The translations under genes were made by a program, and so were the position numbers. From an uncultured virus (IMG/VR IMGVR_UViG_3300025759_000075) (lineage: Duplodnaviria > Heunggongvirae > Uroviricota > Caudoviricetes): a stretch of DNA of 64,000 bases. The notes beneath the pieces were generated by a model. That model was not told the origin of the DNA, did not search any database, and was given only the letters and a program-made list of their open reading frames with translations. Shown piece by piece: positions 23,709 through 33,384 of the stretch; the stretch's first letter is position 1; each line of letters starts with the position of its first letter. The stretch lies in IMG/VR virus record IMGVR_UViG_3300025759_000075, positions 1 to 64,000 of that record; one strand, 5' to 3'.

Positions 23709-25787
23709 ATGGCGACCATTCGACCAGACGACCTTCCTGCCGCCTCTACGGTAAGCAACACCGACGCGTTTGTAGTAGACCGGGGTAGTGCAGTCCAAAA
23801 GGCTACGCCTTCGCAGATCGTCGATGCAGCAACCCCTCTCGCTTCACAAGCTGAGGCTGAGGCTGGAACAGACAATGCCAAGCGCGTCACCCCTTTGCGG
23901 GTTAAGCAGGCTATCGATGCGATTGGTATCTCTGCGGATTCGCTGGCAGCTGGATTAGCCACCAAGGCTGACGCAGCCGCGACCACTGCCGCCCTTTCGG
24001 TAAAAGTCACCGCAACAGCGGCAAAAAGCGACGTTGCCAACCTCGGCGCATCCGGCCCTCGCACGGTCACGCTTGGCGGCGATAACTTCGACCGTTCATC
24101 CAGCGACCTTTCTGCATGGGTCGATCGAGATCCTACGAACAGCGTAATCATCCCCTTTGCCAGCGACACCACGGGCGCATCGGGCGGTTATGTTCGCAGG
24201 GGTCCGTGGGCGCTTGGGACCGTCTATGCAACATGGTTCGGGTTTGTGGCCGACAGCACGGGCGCGGCAGGCAACGGAACGGATAACACTGCTGCACTTC
24301 AGGCCGCCATTGATTTTGTGTGTCCTTTTATCTGGCAGGGCGGAACCCGCGCAACCGAATTGCAGGGAAGCTTTTCGGGTGAGGTAATCCTGCCCAAAGG
24401 CATCGGGCGCATCACCGACAAGATCAAGCTTGCTCCAAACCTTTCCCTTCGCGGGCAGGGATGTGCAAACGACTGGACAGTCCGCACGGGTATTGCAGGG
24501 GTAGCATCTGGCACCGAGCGCATGGGTAGCGCACTGTTCTGCGATATCAACGATTTTACCACATACGCTCTCGACACATGCCCTTACGATAATACAGGCG
24601 TTCGCCTCGACGACACTACGGTAGAGGGTGGAGACAGCTCAAGCGGACTCAAGACGCAGGTTTCGAACGTCCAGATTTCCGCCCTGACGATTTACGGCAA
24701 CTGGACGTGCAAGGGCGTGAACCTCGCGGGCGCGGAAAGCTGCAAGATCGCAAGCGACGTGCTTATTCGCGGATTTACAGTAGGCGTGCGATGTTCTGCG
24801 ACATGGTACGCTAAAATCTACTGCCGCATCCTTCACAATTGGCGCGGTCTCATCGGCTATCTGTCGGGCACGGATATTGATATTTCCGGCGCTTCGTTCT
24901 GGAAGCCTGTCGAGGCTCCTGTCTACGATCCTGCGGTTAGTGGGTATGACGGCACCGAACCGACGATCGATGCTTGGTGGACGGCAGCGGCCCTGAAGCG
25001 CACCGCGCATATCTTCAACTTCTACTGCAACATTACGGGCACGAATGTCGGCGCCGAGCTTGGCGATGTGATGTTCATGTCGAAGAACGGCGTTGCCAAC
25101 CTCACCGGGATTTACACCGAAGGCGCAACCTTCACGACCATATTCACCGAAGGCCCGGACCAGCAGAACGAGTTCTACCAGTTCGATACGACAGTTTCGG
25201 CCAGTGTGCCGCTGCTCTATTCGAAGAATGCGCGCATTCAGGTCGATGTAGCCCACCACAACAACCAGAACGGATATTCTGCGGTTATCGGCGATCTGGT
25301 CAACTCGATCGGCTACGAAGGCTTGCCCGTCCTTAATGGGGTCAAGCTGACCGGCTCGGACGTGTTTACCGATCCGAGCATCGCTTATGGCGGGTTGCGT
25401 CAGTATCAAGGGCCATGGTCGCCCGTTCCCAAGTTCGGCGGCACGGCAGGGGATAGCGGGAGCGGCACGAAAACAGGCCGCTGGGTGCGCATCGGCAACA
25501 CGGTGACTGTGTGGGGCTACGTCACGATCCAGACGCTCAACGGCGCTGCATCGGGCGCGTTCACCATCGATGGCCTGCCCTTTGTAATCCGCAACGTTTT
25601 TGGTCTCGACTCCTGTGCCGATGTTGCTTTCTCTTTCGGCACGCCGGCTCTCACAAAAGGACGCGGGGAAGCTGGCGGATATGCTATCAAGTTCGATGGC
25701 ATCACGAAAACCGGCTTTTCCAGCGGTGCTGACATTCGTTTCCAGATGACCTATGAAACGACAGAACTAGGCCCATGGGGATGGTAA
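23709..25787 (+). CDS. Tailspike / receptor-binding protein with pectate-lyase-like beta-helix
   Basis: WFG..AD...TDNTAALQAAID...V.LP.G motif; ASQAEAEAGTDN.K.VTPL fibre repeat. Confidence 0.75.
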   Translation: MATIRPDDLPAASTVSNTDAFVVDRGSAVQKATPSQIVDAATPLASQAEAEAGTDNAKRVTPLRVKQAIDAIGISADSLAAGLATKADAAATTAALSVKVTATAAKSDVANLGASGPRTVTLGGDNFDRSSSDLSAWVDRDPTNSVIIPFASDTTGASGGYVRRGPWALGTVYATWFGFVADSTGAAGNGTDNTAALQAAIDFVCPFIWQGGTRATELQGSFSGEVILPKGIGRITDKIKLAPNLSLRGQGCANDWTVRTGIAGVASGTERMGSALFCDINDFTTYALDTCPYDNTGVRLDDTTVEGGDSSSGLKTQVSNVQISALTIYGNWTCKGVNLAGAESCKIASDVLIRGFTVGVRCSATWYAKIYCRILHNWRGLIGYLSGTDIDISGASFWKPVEAPVYDPAVSGYDGTEPTIDAWWTAAALKRTAHIFNFYCNITGTNVGAELGDVMFMSKNGVANLTGIYTEGATFTTIFTEGPDQQNEFYQFDTTVSASVPLLYSKNARIQVDVAHHNNQNGYSAVIGDLVNSIGYEGLPVLNGVKLTGSDVFTDPSIAYGGLRQYQGPWSPVPKFGGTAGDSGSGTKTGRWVRIGNTVTVWGYVTIQTLNGAASGAFTIDGLPFVIRNVFGLDSCADVAFSFGTPALTKGRGEAGGYAIKFDGITKTGFSSGADIRFQMTYETTELGPWGW

Positions 25788-25998
25788 TGCAGAAGCCCAA
25801 ACCTACGACGCATAATTACATGGAGTGCGGTGGTCCGCCTCCTGAAGAACGGTATTGGGAAAAGGACAAGCCCAAACCGCGTAAGGCACGCAAGTGAAAA
25901 CTGTTCTCGCCGCTATCGGTCTGCTATGGATCGTGAGTAGCCTGGAGCGTCACCGACGTTTCTGGGCTGCGGCAAGACTTTGGTAAAGGAAACACATT

Positions 25999-26115
25999 AT
26001 GGCCCTGCCACCGCCTCCACCGCCACCCGCTCCCCCGAGCCCGCCAGATATCCCCGAGGGTCGCAGCGTGAAGAACCCGAAAACCAAAAAGACCAAGAAG
26101 TCCAAGAAGGACTGA
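25999..26115 (+). CDS. Proline- and lysine-rich 38-aa peptide
   Basis: AAGGA SD; MALPPPPPPPAPPSPP...KKTKKSKKD. Confidence 0.45.
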   Translation: MALPPPPPPPAPPSPPDIPEGRSVKNPKTKKTKKSKKD

Positions 26116-26116
26116 C

Positions 26117-26560
26117 ATGATCGAGGCGCTGACATACGCGTCTTACGTTGCCTTAGCCCTTGCTGCATGGACCGCTTTCCAAGGTGGACCGTCAGCAGGG
26201 GCTTTGGTTGCGAGTAACGTTGTGGCGCGCCTTGTCTACACGATTGGCCTGCCGGTGACGTACGACCTCCTTTTCATCTTAGACATTCTAGTGATCGTTT
26301 TCATCTACGCAGGCATGGTGCGCAGAGGGCGCCCGCTACTGAGGGAGGCGGCAATCATCCTGCTGTTCCCGATAGCATGGCGGTTTTACTGGTTGCCGGC
26401 TGAAGAACAGTACGTTGCTTTTTGCGTGATAACGTCTGTCGTGATAGTACAACTTATGCTGACGCTTCCTTTGATGACAATACGTTACCGGGCATTAAAG
26501 GCGTTGGGTCGCAATGGGCCGATGATCGAACCGTCACGGCTGGAGAAAACGCATGCCTGA
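26117..26560 (+). CDS. Multi-pass membrane protein in lysis region
   Basis: Several hydrophobic segments; AAGGA SD. Confidence 0.65.
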   Translation: MIEALTYASYVALALAAWTAFQGGPSAGALVASNVVARLVYTIGLPVTYDLLFILDILVIVFIYAGMVRRGRPLLREAAIILLFPIAWRFYWLPAEEQYVAFCVITSVVIVQLMLTLPLMTIRYRALKALGRNGPMIEPSRLEKTHA

Positions 26561-26873
26561 CGGGAATGATCTACAAAGGGAAATAGTATTTCGCGGGATG
26601 GCCGAGCAGCTTCTTGAGCAATGGGAAGCGAAGCAGTCAGCCAAGAAAAGCCCTTTCAACCTTACCAATCTAACAAGCATCATGGCCCTGCTGATTTCGG
26701 TGGGGACGTTGATCTGGCAATCGGCCATTACGACCGATCGGGTGGAGCGCAACACATCGCGGCTGGAAAAGCTTGAACAAAGCAATCTGACGGCAGACTT
26801 TGCGCGCTTGGAGGCAAAGGTGGATCTGCTGCTTGAGGACAGGGCTCGCAACATAAACACGGGAGTAAGGTGA
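26553..26873 (+). CDS. Holin/antiholin-like single-TM protein
   Basis: One TM plus coiled coil, directly before endolysin. Confidence 0.5.
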   Translation: MPDGNDLQREIVFRGMAEQLLEQWEAKQSAKKSPFNLTNLTSIMALLISVGTLIWQSAITTDRVERNTSRLEKLEQSNLTADFARLEAKVDLLLEDRARNINTGVR

Positions 26874-26874
26874 C

Positions 26875-27444
26875 GTGGACAGAAAGCCGATATTTGATGA
26901 ATTACGCGCCATTCTTGGACGTGGTCTGACGCAAGCCGAAGTCGATAGCATGGACACTGCTATAGACGCCGCTGAAGGCATTATCGTGGTTCGGCCACCC
27001 AAACCCAAGGGCCGCCAGATAAACGCAGCAGGCGAGCGTCTGATCAAGTCCTTTGAGGGATTGGAGTTGGAAGCCTATCCAGACCCCGGGACAGGCGGTG
27101 AGCCGTGGACTATCGGATGGGGGCATACGGGCGGCGTGAGCCGTGGAGATCGCGTCACGGAAGAAGAAGCCGATGATCTGTTCGACAACGACACCGATCG
27201 CTTTGAAGCTGCTGTAGAACGCTTGGCACCCAAGGCCACTGACAACCAGTTCGCGGCGCTTGTCTCGTTTGCCTACAATCTGGGTGAAGGCAATCTGGAA
27301 AAGTCCACGCTGCTGAAGAAGCACAACGCGGGTGACTATGCAGGTGCGGCCAAAGAATTTCCCAGATGGAACCGCGCAAATGGCAAGGTTATGCGCGGCC
27401 TGACCCGCCGTCGTGAAGCCGAGCGCAAGCTGTATCTGTCATGA
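26875..27444 (+). CDS. Endolysin, phage lysozyme (GH24)
   Basis: IKSFEG..L.AY.D.....WTIGWGHT, NQF.ALVSF.YNLG, GLTRRR.AE. Confidence 0.92.
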   Translation: MDRKPIFDELRAILGRGLTQAEVDSMDTAIDAAEGIIVVRPPKPKGRQINAAGERLIKSFEGLELEAYPDPGTGGEPWTIGWGHTGGVSRGDRVTEEEADDLFDNDTDRFEAAVERLAPKATDNQFAALVSFAYNLGEGNLEKSTLLKKHNAGDYAGAAKEFPRWNRANGKVMRGLTRRREAERKLYLS

Positions 27445-27851
27445 CGATCCGCAACTCGATCCGCACATGGGCACTGGTCGCCGTATTTGTGAGCAGCCTT
27501 TTCACAATCGGCGCGGCGCTATGGATTATCAAGATCCTGTCGGCGCGGAATTGGTGTGCGGATATGCTTGGCGCATCGAAGTACGTGGACGGTCGGCCTG
27601 ACTTCGCGGTCATGGCATGCAAGGAACTGGCGCTTCAGAACGCCGACAAGCTTGGCGATGCCCTGACAATCGCGATGGGCGTCCAGGCTGTCGCGCTGCT
27701 TGTGCTGGTGGTAATCGTGCTTGCAGGCGGTCGCTTGTCATTCAAGGCGGGCAAAGAAGGCGTATCAGCCAACATGTCACGTGAAGAAGCGGCGCAACAG
27801 GTGGCGGATGCCGCCGAGAATGAGGCGCGCGAGATTTCAGGTGATCGCTAA
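27441..27851 (+). CDS. Two-TM membrane protein (holin candidate)
   Basis: Two hydrophobic helices; coupled to endolysin. Confidence 0.55.
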   Translation: MTIRNSIRTWALVAVFVSSLFTIGAALWIIKILSARNWCADMLGASKYVDGRPDFAVMACKELALQNADKLGDALTIAMGVQAVALLVLVVIVLAGGRLSFKAGKEGVSANMSREEAAQQVADAAENEAREISGDR

Positions 27852-27953
27852 AACCATTTCGCGCCGGATACGAACTAGGCTATGGTACGCCGCCCCAGTG
27901 ATAGGGCTGGCCTTGGGCTGTCTTGGGTATGCGATTTATATAGGAGTGACGGG

Positions 27954-28325
27954 ATGATTAAGGCTTTCTTCGGTCCCATCGTGAACCGTATCTTCGCAGG
28001 CGTCGTTTTCGCGCTGCTTGCCGCTCTCGGCATTGCCCTGTGGTCGAATGCGGCCAAGGATCGCGAGAATGACCGCCTCCGCAACACTCTCGCAGTCTCG
28101 GAAGCACAGCACAGCGTAACAGCAGCGTCTCTGGATGCCCTGACGCGCCGGATGCAGCAGCTTGTCGATGAAGGCAAGCTACGCCAGAGCCTTTTGGAAG
28201 ACGCCATGAAGGACGCGGAAGCGGAAGCGGAAGACTTGCAGGACGAAGCCGATGCACTGCGCAAGGAAGGCGTGGTCGATCAGTGTGTGACGCCAGCTGG
28301 GGTGCTGCGCTCGAAAGGGCTTTAG
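27954..28325 (+). CDS. Inner-membrane spanin (Rz-like)
   Basis: N-terminal TM, coiled coil, C-terminal Cys. Confidence 0.65.
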   Translation: MIKAFFGPIVNRIFAGVVFALLAALGIALWSNAAKDRENDRLRNTLAVSEAQHSVTAASLDALTRRMQQLVDEGKLRQSLLEDAMKDAEAEAEDLQDEADALRKEGVVDQCVTPAGVLRSKGL

Positions 28326-28329
28326 GGGT

Positions 28330-28424
28330 GCTGCGGTTCTTGGTGGGATTCGAACCCACGGCGGGGGCTTCTAACCCCTGCGGAATCAAACCTGCCTTAG
28401 ACCACTCAGCCACAAGGCCGCAGC
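28330..28424 (-). ncRNA. tRNA-like RNA (Ser/Leu-type D and T arms, non-canonical anticodon arm)
   Basis: Minus strand has TGGCTGAGTGGTCTAAGGC D arm, perfect GTGGG-TTCGAAT-CCCAC T arm, extended acceptor-like stem, no encoded CCA. Confidence 0.65.
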
Positions 28425-28437
28425 AAGGAGAAACTAG

Positions 28438-28707
28438 ATGAAACGCATTGCCATCGCAAGCCTGTTATTGCTTTCCGCCTGCAACCATCCGCAGCCGGGG
28501 ATTTCCGTGCGTACTGTGGAGGTCCCGGTTCCTCAGCCTTGTTTAAAATCAGCGGATATTCCTCCCGAACCAGCCCAAGTAGGCGACCAGCTAACCGGCA
28601 ATGCCGCGTCCGACCTGCTTATCGTGGCTGCATCTGCTCTGGAATTGCGGGCTGCGGTGATCACCATGCGTGCAGCCCTTATGGCTTGTGCGAGTGATGG
28701 GGGTTAG
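28438..28707 (+). CDS. Outer-membrane spanin lipoprotein (Rz1-like)
   Basis: Signal peptide with LSAC lipobox; proline-rich VPVPQPC; AAGGAG SD. Confidence 0.75.
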   Translation: MKRIAIASLLLLSACNHPQPGISVRTVEVPVPQPCLKSADIPPEPAQVGDQLTGNAASDLLIVAASALELRAAVITMRAALMACASDGG

Positions 28708-28966
28708 GGGCAATATCGTAACCTTGCTCCACCAGCGCCCTAAGCACCGCCGACGCAGCAGCTTCGGAAGCCGCCTTGAACACATTGTCTGCCTGATCTT
28801 CAATATGTGTGCGGCTCAAGTATTCCTCTAGTGTGCTTGGACGGAAATCATCAGGCCCGTTATTGGCCCAATCCGTATGATCGGTATATTCTGAATTTGG
28901 CCAAGGAAAACTCTTGCGCGCGCCTTCTTCGATTGCCTTCGTGATTATCTCTTTCGGTGTCATCAT
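28679..28966 (-). CDS. Hypothetical protein
   Basis: GGAGAGG SD; last gene of leftward operon. Confidence 0.6.
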   Translation of the reverse strand: MMTPKEIITKAIEEGARKSFPWPNSEYTDHTDWANNGPDDFRPSTLEEYLSRTHIEDQADNVFKAASEAAASAVLRALVEQGYDIAPNPHHSHKP

Positions 28967-29358
28967 ACCCTCTCCCTACCATGCTTCAGAGATACCAGGA
29001 GCATGTCTATAACGTGCCGTGATGTGCCAAGGCCAAGCTGCTCGGCAATGCGGTGGGGGAGAGGGCGATTGCCACCTCGTCGGCAACGAATTTACTCACA
29101 GCCTTGGCTAAGGCGGCGTGGCTAGCGTCTTCCTTCGACTGCTCCCGAATTATCCGGAATGCGTCGATGTAGTGGTACTCTGGATTAAGCGCCTCCACGG
29201 CCTCGGAGTTGGCCTTGGTCATACTCTCGATCCTTTGAATATCCGCGCAAACAGTCCGGGCCTCTCCATGGGCAGGATGCGCGCGTTGTAGTGGTAGCCG
29301 CCGCCAAAGTTCTGGCGAGGTGCGCACCTGTGGCTGCGTTCGTATGTGTGCGAGCGGG

Positions 29359-29766
29359 TCATTCGATCACCACCTTGACCGCGCCAGACTTTACGATGTC
29401 CACGATTTCGCGCTTAGTCAGGTTGTGGATGGCAGAGCGAATAGCCGCCGAAAGCGCATCTGCCTCCTTGCGGACGGCGCTGTTCAGTATCTGACGGGCT
29501 TCACTTGGGGGCCTTCCGTATCCGCCGAGATCGAACATGGTGAACGTGGATAGGTCGTCCAGAAGGCTCACTGCCTTGTCGTAGATTTTCTGGCCTGCGT
29601 CGTCGTCCAGTTTGGCGTTGGCGATGTCGGTGGCGAGAGAATAGCCTGCGTTCGTAATGATCCGCTCAGCGTTCTCTCTGGCATATCCACTTAGCCCAGA
29701 AAGGATGGCGTCCTTGATCTCGGCCTCATTGACATACTCCATGATGTCGATATCCATCTCAAACAC
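29359..29766 (-). CDS. Hypothetical protein
   Basis: Protein-like acidic composition, GGAG SD, operon context. Confidence 0.65.
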   Translation of the reverse strand: MFEMDIDIMEYVNEAEIKDAILSGLSGYARENAERIITNAGYSLATDIANAKLDDDAGQKIYDKAVSLLDDLSTFTMFDLGGYGRPPSEARQILNSAVRKEADALSAAIRSAIHNLTKREIVDIVKSGAVKVVIE

Positions 29767-29943
29767 TCCCTGCCATTGATTGTGCGTCGTCCCATTCGGC
29801 GTTGAGATCCGCCCACCTCGCCTCGCCCATCCTGTCGCGTGCGTGGGCTATGTGCCGATCCAGGCTGTAGTTCGCCTCCCATTCGCGGGTGAGAACATCA
29901 CGCGCGGCATGGTCTTGCTGGCGGCTGAGTTGTGCTGTGCGGC

Positions 29944-30285
29944 TCATGCGGGCACCGTGATAGCGAGGACAAGCCAAGCCCCTTTGCAGGCAAGATGAAT
30001 GGCCTGATCCTGATTGAAGGTAATCTTGCCGCGACACTTTGCGTCGTCAGTGAACCAGTGGATCGCCGCTTCAGCAAAGAACAGCCACCAGATGCCAGTA
30101 ATGAAGGCGACAAAAGCGCCATGGATCGCAACGTGTGCGCCAAGGGCTTGCCACCACGGAACACCGGGTATTGGCGTAGTGCGGTTCTTCGCTTTCGAAA
30201 GAAAATCACCTTGCAGCGGGTAGTCCGCTAAGGCGTGACCTGCGACAAGCGCGATTGCCATCATAGGTATGGTTTCAACTAGCAT
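29944..30285 (-). CDS. DUF3307-like membrane protein
   Basis: GH.LADYPLQ, H..IHG, H...D..K, DQ..H motifs. Confidence 0.75.
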   Translation of the reverse strand: MLVETIPMMAIALVAGHALADYPLQGDFLSKAKNRTTPIPGVPWWQALGAHVAIHGAFVAFITGIWWLFFAEAAIHWFTDDAKCRGKITFNQDQAIHLACKGAWLVLAITVPA

Positions 30286-30730
30286 ATTCAGCCTCCAAGG
30301 CTTCTGCCGCCAAATCCCATACGCTGGCCGCTTTAGGGCAATACGCGTCGGGATTGCTCCGGCATTGATCGGCTCGCCAGCGGAAATCTTTAATCAGGCG
30401 CTTGCCCGCCTCCATCGCCTCATCCAGTTGAGCACGTAGGTCTGCTATCTCTGCCGTGAGGGTATCAACTTCATCCCGAGCCTCCCTCAGTACCGACCAA
30501 TGAACAGCTACGAATGTTTCGCTGGCTGAGAGGCCGTACATTCGACATTCCAAGGCGGGGACGATTTCTTGTCCGTTGAGGGCTGAAGTGAAGAACGGTA
30601 TAGGATGCTTGTAAGTCGGAGATTTCAGATATTCATCTGCCTCCCATGGCTCCGCCTTTGCCTCCACAACCTCCGGCACGTCCTTGGTCCTATCCATTAT
30701 GGGTTTCTCCTGTTCTACGGTTTTATCCAT
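30275..30730 (-). CDS. Hypothetical protein
   Basis: Operon context; AAGGA SD before MDKTVE. Confidence 0.55.
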   Translation of the reverse strand: MDKTVEQEKPIMDRTKDVPEVVEAKAEPWEADEYLKSPTYKHPIPFFTSALNGQEIVPALECRMYGLSASETFVAVHWSVLREARDEVDTLTAEIADLRAQLDEAMEAGKRLIKDFRWRADQCRSNPDAYCPKAASVWDLAAEALEAEYAS

Positions 30731-31028
30731 GGTTGCTTCCTTTGGGTTGGCGGGGGCGAAGCGCATCTTCTGCCGCTCGCATTCCGGCGATTTTGTCCTT
30801 CGCGAGCGCGGTCGCCATAATGTCCCGTAGGGCCTTGCGTTCAGCGATCTCTTCAGCGGTTAGAGGATTGCACCACTCACAACGGCGGGTGCAGAGACAC
30901 GTCCCCTCCCCCTCGTCATAGGTGTCGCACTGCCATTCCCACGAACAGCCATAGGTGAACCCTTCGCCGCCGCAGTTCGCGCAAGCGGGACCGTCGTAGT
31001 CCAGATCATCTAGGTCATGCTTGCTCAC
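30723..31028 (-). CDS. Cysteine-rich zinc-finger hypothetical protein
   Basis: CANCGGEG...C...C..C.CEWC. Confidence 0.6.
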   Translation of the reverse strand: MSKHDLDDLDYDGPACANCGGEGFTYGCSWEWQCDTYDEGEGTCLCTRRCEWCNPLTAEEIAERKALRDIMATALAKDKIAGMRAAEDALRPRQPKGSNHG

Positions 31029-31059
31029 GACTTCTCCCCCTCCCCGCGCTCAGGCGGGT
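31023..31059. repeat. 37-bp direct repeat, copy 1 (copy 2 at 31556-31592), flanking the DUF1643 gene
   Basis: GCTCACGACTT(C/A)TCCCCCTCCCC(G/A)CGCTCAGGCGGGT, 2 mismatches. Confidence 0.9.
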
Positions 31060-31561
31060 CCGTGCGATCGGGGGCGTCCCACGTTACCAACGGTGTTGCG
31101 TAGGGAAGCATGAGAGTATGACGGGGCTGGCCATCCTTGGCCGTGCCGAAGCACATTACAGGCTTGCCTGTTTCGAACATCATGGCGGCGACTTCCCGCC
31201 ACCGATTGCGAAGGCTCTTCGGCAACTTCGAGAGAGGCCCCCAGCACGGTATGAGAATATCCGCCTCGGCAAATATCTGGCGCAAATACTCGTCGTTTTC
31301 CGGCCCTACAGGATCCGCCGCAGTGCGCAGTTCACGAACGTCTTTTGCTCGGTAGGCGAACTTGTTAGCCTTGATGATGCGTGACCATCCCAGCACCTCG
31401 CCAAAGCCTAAGTCCTTGCGAATTGTCTGGTCATTCTCGACTGCATCGGCAGTGGATGGGTTCACGCCAACCAACGCAGCTACCGCCCCCCCACAAAGGG
31501 GGCGAACATCGCGATCAAGGCGAAGGCGGAACGTGCCGCACTCTGAAATAACTGCGCTCAC
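31025..31561 (-). CDS. DUF1643-family protein
   Basis: SA.ISECG..R..L.R, NPSTADA...D.T, N.FAYRA, G..K.G.PRH.L motifs. Confidence 0.85.
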   Translation of the reverse strand: MSAVISECGTFRLRLDRDVRPLCGGAVAALVGVNPSTADAVENDQTIRKDLGFGEVLGWSRIIKANKFAYRAKDVRELRTAADPVGPENDEYLRQIFAEADILIPCWGPLSKLPKSLRNRWREVAAMMFETGKPVMCFGTAKDGQPRHTLMLPYATPLVTWDAPDRTDPPERGEGEKS

Positions 31562-32238
31562 GACTTATCCCCCTCCCCACGCTCAGGCGGGTTGGCTAAC
31601 GCGCAAACACCATCGTAAAGATCCCATGCGACCTTCTTGACGGGCTCCAGCGACATGGCTTTTTCCGCTCTCGTGCCCTCAGGGCATCGGTAATCGGATA
31701 TGGCGTCGTTTATGTCCTTAAAGTCTTGCAGGAAGCCGCGTGCATGCCGGTTGGCGATGGCGACCATATACAGTGCGCCAAGCGAGCGAATTGTGGCCTT
31801 GCCCGTCGCAATGTCTGCGCGGATCATCATCAGGTTGTAATCGCCACCCATCATCCCTCTCCCATCCAATGCTTGCGTTGTGGCGGAACACGATGGGCAC
31901 GGCAATCCCAAATCTGACGGAAGCATGGTGCGGTGGCCGACAGGTGGGTCTATCGCGTATACGCGCGCAGCTTCGCTTGCTGCCGCAACTTTATCCGGGT
32001 CGGTTTCGCAGTAGTCCTTGTCCCACGCTAGCTTCGCCAGTAGGCCCGTCGCCGCTTCTACGTTCTGGACCCAATCGGCGAATTCGTCGCGATAACGATC
32101 ATCATCCCAATCGTAGGGGCCGCGCCCTTCAAGTAACCAACGGTGGCCATTCAGGGCGCTTTTGATATGGCCGAGTGCAATCGCCACCACATACCGGTCG
32201 CGGTCAAGCATGTGGCGCATAGTCGCTATATCGATCAC
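31558..32238 (-). CDS. Hypothetical protein (GTG start)
   Basis: AAGGAGAGG SD; C-terminus PPERGEGDKS from the linker repeat. Confidence 0.6.
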   Translation of the reverse strand: MIDIATMRHMLDRDRYVVAIALGHIKSALNGHRWLLEGRGPYDWDDDRYRDEFADWVQNVEAATGLLAKLAWDKDYCETDPDKVAAASEAARVYAIDPPVGHRTMLPSDLGLPCPSCSATTQALDGRGMMGGDYNLMMIRADIATGKATIRSLGALYMVAIANRHARGFLQDFKDINDAISDYRCPEGTRAEKAMSLEPVKKVAWDLYDGVCALANPPERGEGDKS

Positions 32239-32597
32239 AGCACCCTCTCCTTCATCCAGTGTTGCTTTTGCGGGTCCGTGCGCCCGTCCGAAGTCTGGCG
32301 GGCGAACATGTCGATCCACTCTTTCCAGGTAGCCAACGTCGCCCACACATCGCTGCCCTGCGGATAGCTGCCGAAGATCAGGTGCGTGTCGTGCGGTGCG
32401 CAAAGCTGGCGCTGGATCGTATCGGCCAGCTTGCGAGCCTTGGCCGCGTCACAATGGCCTGTATCGGCACCATGGCGCAGAACCGTGATGGCTGCGTTGG
32501 CGCGGGCAATAAGGCGATCAGCGGAGATCTGCGATGTGTTGCGCGTATGCTGGTTGTAGGAGGTTAGGGCGCGGGTGAGATTGGAGGGGGCGTTCAT
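32235..32597 (-). CDS. Hypothetical protein
   Basis: GAGGAGG SD; coupled starts and stops. Confidence 0.6.
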   Translation of the reverse strand: MNAPSNLTRALTSYNQHTRNTSQISADRLIARANAAITVLRHGADTGHCDAAKARKLADTIQRQLCAPHDTHLIFGSYPQGSDVWATLATWKEWIDMFARQTSDGRTDPQKQHWMKERVL

Positions 32598-32995
32598 GCG
32601 AAGTCCTCCTCGCGAAAGCCTGTGCGCATTTCCCATTCGGGCCGGTCGTCATATCCCTGCGGTTCCGGCTGCGGGCGCGATCCACCTCCGGTTTTAGCTT
32701 TGGCGATTACTGCCTCCATCGCTTGGACCTGTGCGCTGTGGCCAAACGGGCGCAGCAGCTTAACGGCAAACTCAAGGTGGGCGAGCAACTCCGGTGACGC
32801 TGCGATTAAGCGGGCATTGGCTTCAGTCTCATTTGGGTAATTGAAGGCGTTTATGCCTTTGGCTTGCACAGCAGCAAGGGTTGGCAATTTACCTAAAGGC
32901 GCGACGTAGTAGCCCTCGTAATTAGAGGCATATCCGAATCCCCAAGGCCCCGGCGTATGCCCACCCTCGGCGCGTTCGATCTTGGAGGGGGTCAT
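32594..32995 (-). CDS. Phage early protein with HTPGPW...ANARLIAASPELL motif
   Basis: Widespread phage motif of unknown function. Confidence 0.75.
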   Translation of the reverse strand: MTPSKIERAEGGHTPGPWGFGYASNYEGYYVAPLGKLPTLAAVQAKGINAFNYPNETEANARLIAASPELLAHLEFAVKLLRPFGHSAQVQAMEAVIAKAKTGGGSRPQPEPQGYDDRPEWEMRTGFREEDFA

Positions 32996-33246
32996 GCTGC
33001 GATCCTGATGCGTTCGGCAATGCGCTTGCGTTCATCGGCGCGAATTTCATCTTCACTCTTTCGAACGGACGAAGGCGAAAGAACGGCTGAAAGATGGTCA
33101 GCGTCTTCTGTGGCAAGGCCGAAAAGGGTTATGTCAAAGCAACCCTGCGCGGTGTCGATCATGATTGATACGGCGTTGCTATTATTGTGGGCGACAGAAG
33201 TGCTGCGGACTCCGCTAACTTCGTGGATCATTATGGAAGTAGCCAT
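32992..33246 (-). CDS. Hypothetical protein, first gene of leftward operon
   Basis: AAGGAG SD; downstream of leftward promoter. Confidence 0.7.
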   Translation of the reverse strand: MATSIMIHEVSGVRSTSVAHNNSNAVSIMIDTAQGCFDITLFGLATEDADHLSAVLSPSSVRKSEDEIRADERKRIAERIRIAA

Positions 33247-33295
33247 GCTCTTAACTCCTTTGCCAATCGTCGGATTGGTCTGTGTTGGTGATGGG

Positions 33296-33377
33296 GTTAT
33301 GGATGAGGCAATCTAGCCTGTCAAGCATTAGTTTTGCAAAATAAGTGCTGGACGTGCGTGAAATTAGCATATATAGT
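33296..33377. promoter_or_regulatory. Divergent promoter pair
   Basis: Minus: TTGACA (33324-33319)-17-CATAAC; plus: TGGACG-17-TATAGT (33372-33377), ATG 7 nt later (leaderless). Confidence 0.65.
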
Positions 33378-33384
33378 ATTCGGC

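Noticed and set aside
28330..28424. Canonical functional tRNA or attP site
   Set aside because: Anticodon and acceptor arms are non-canonical, no CCA and no integrase nearby; kept only as a tRNA-like element
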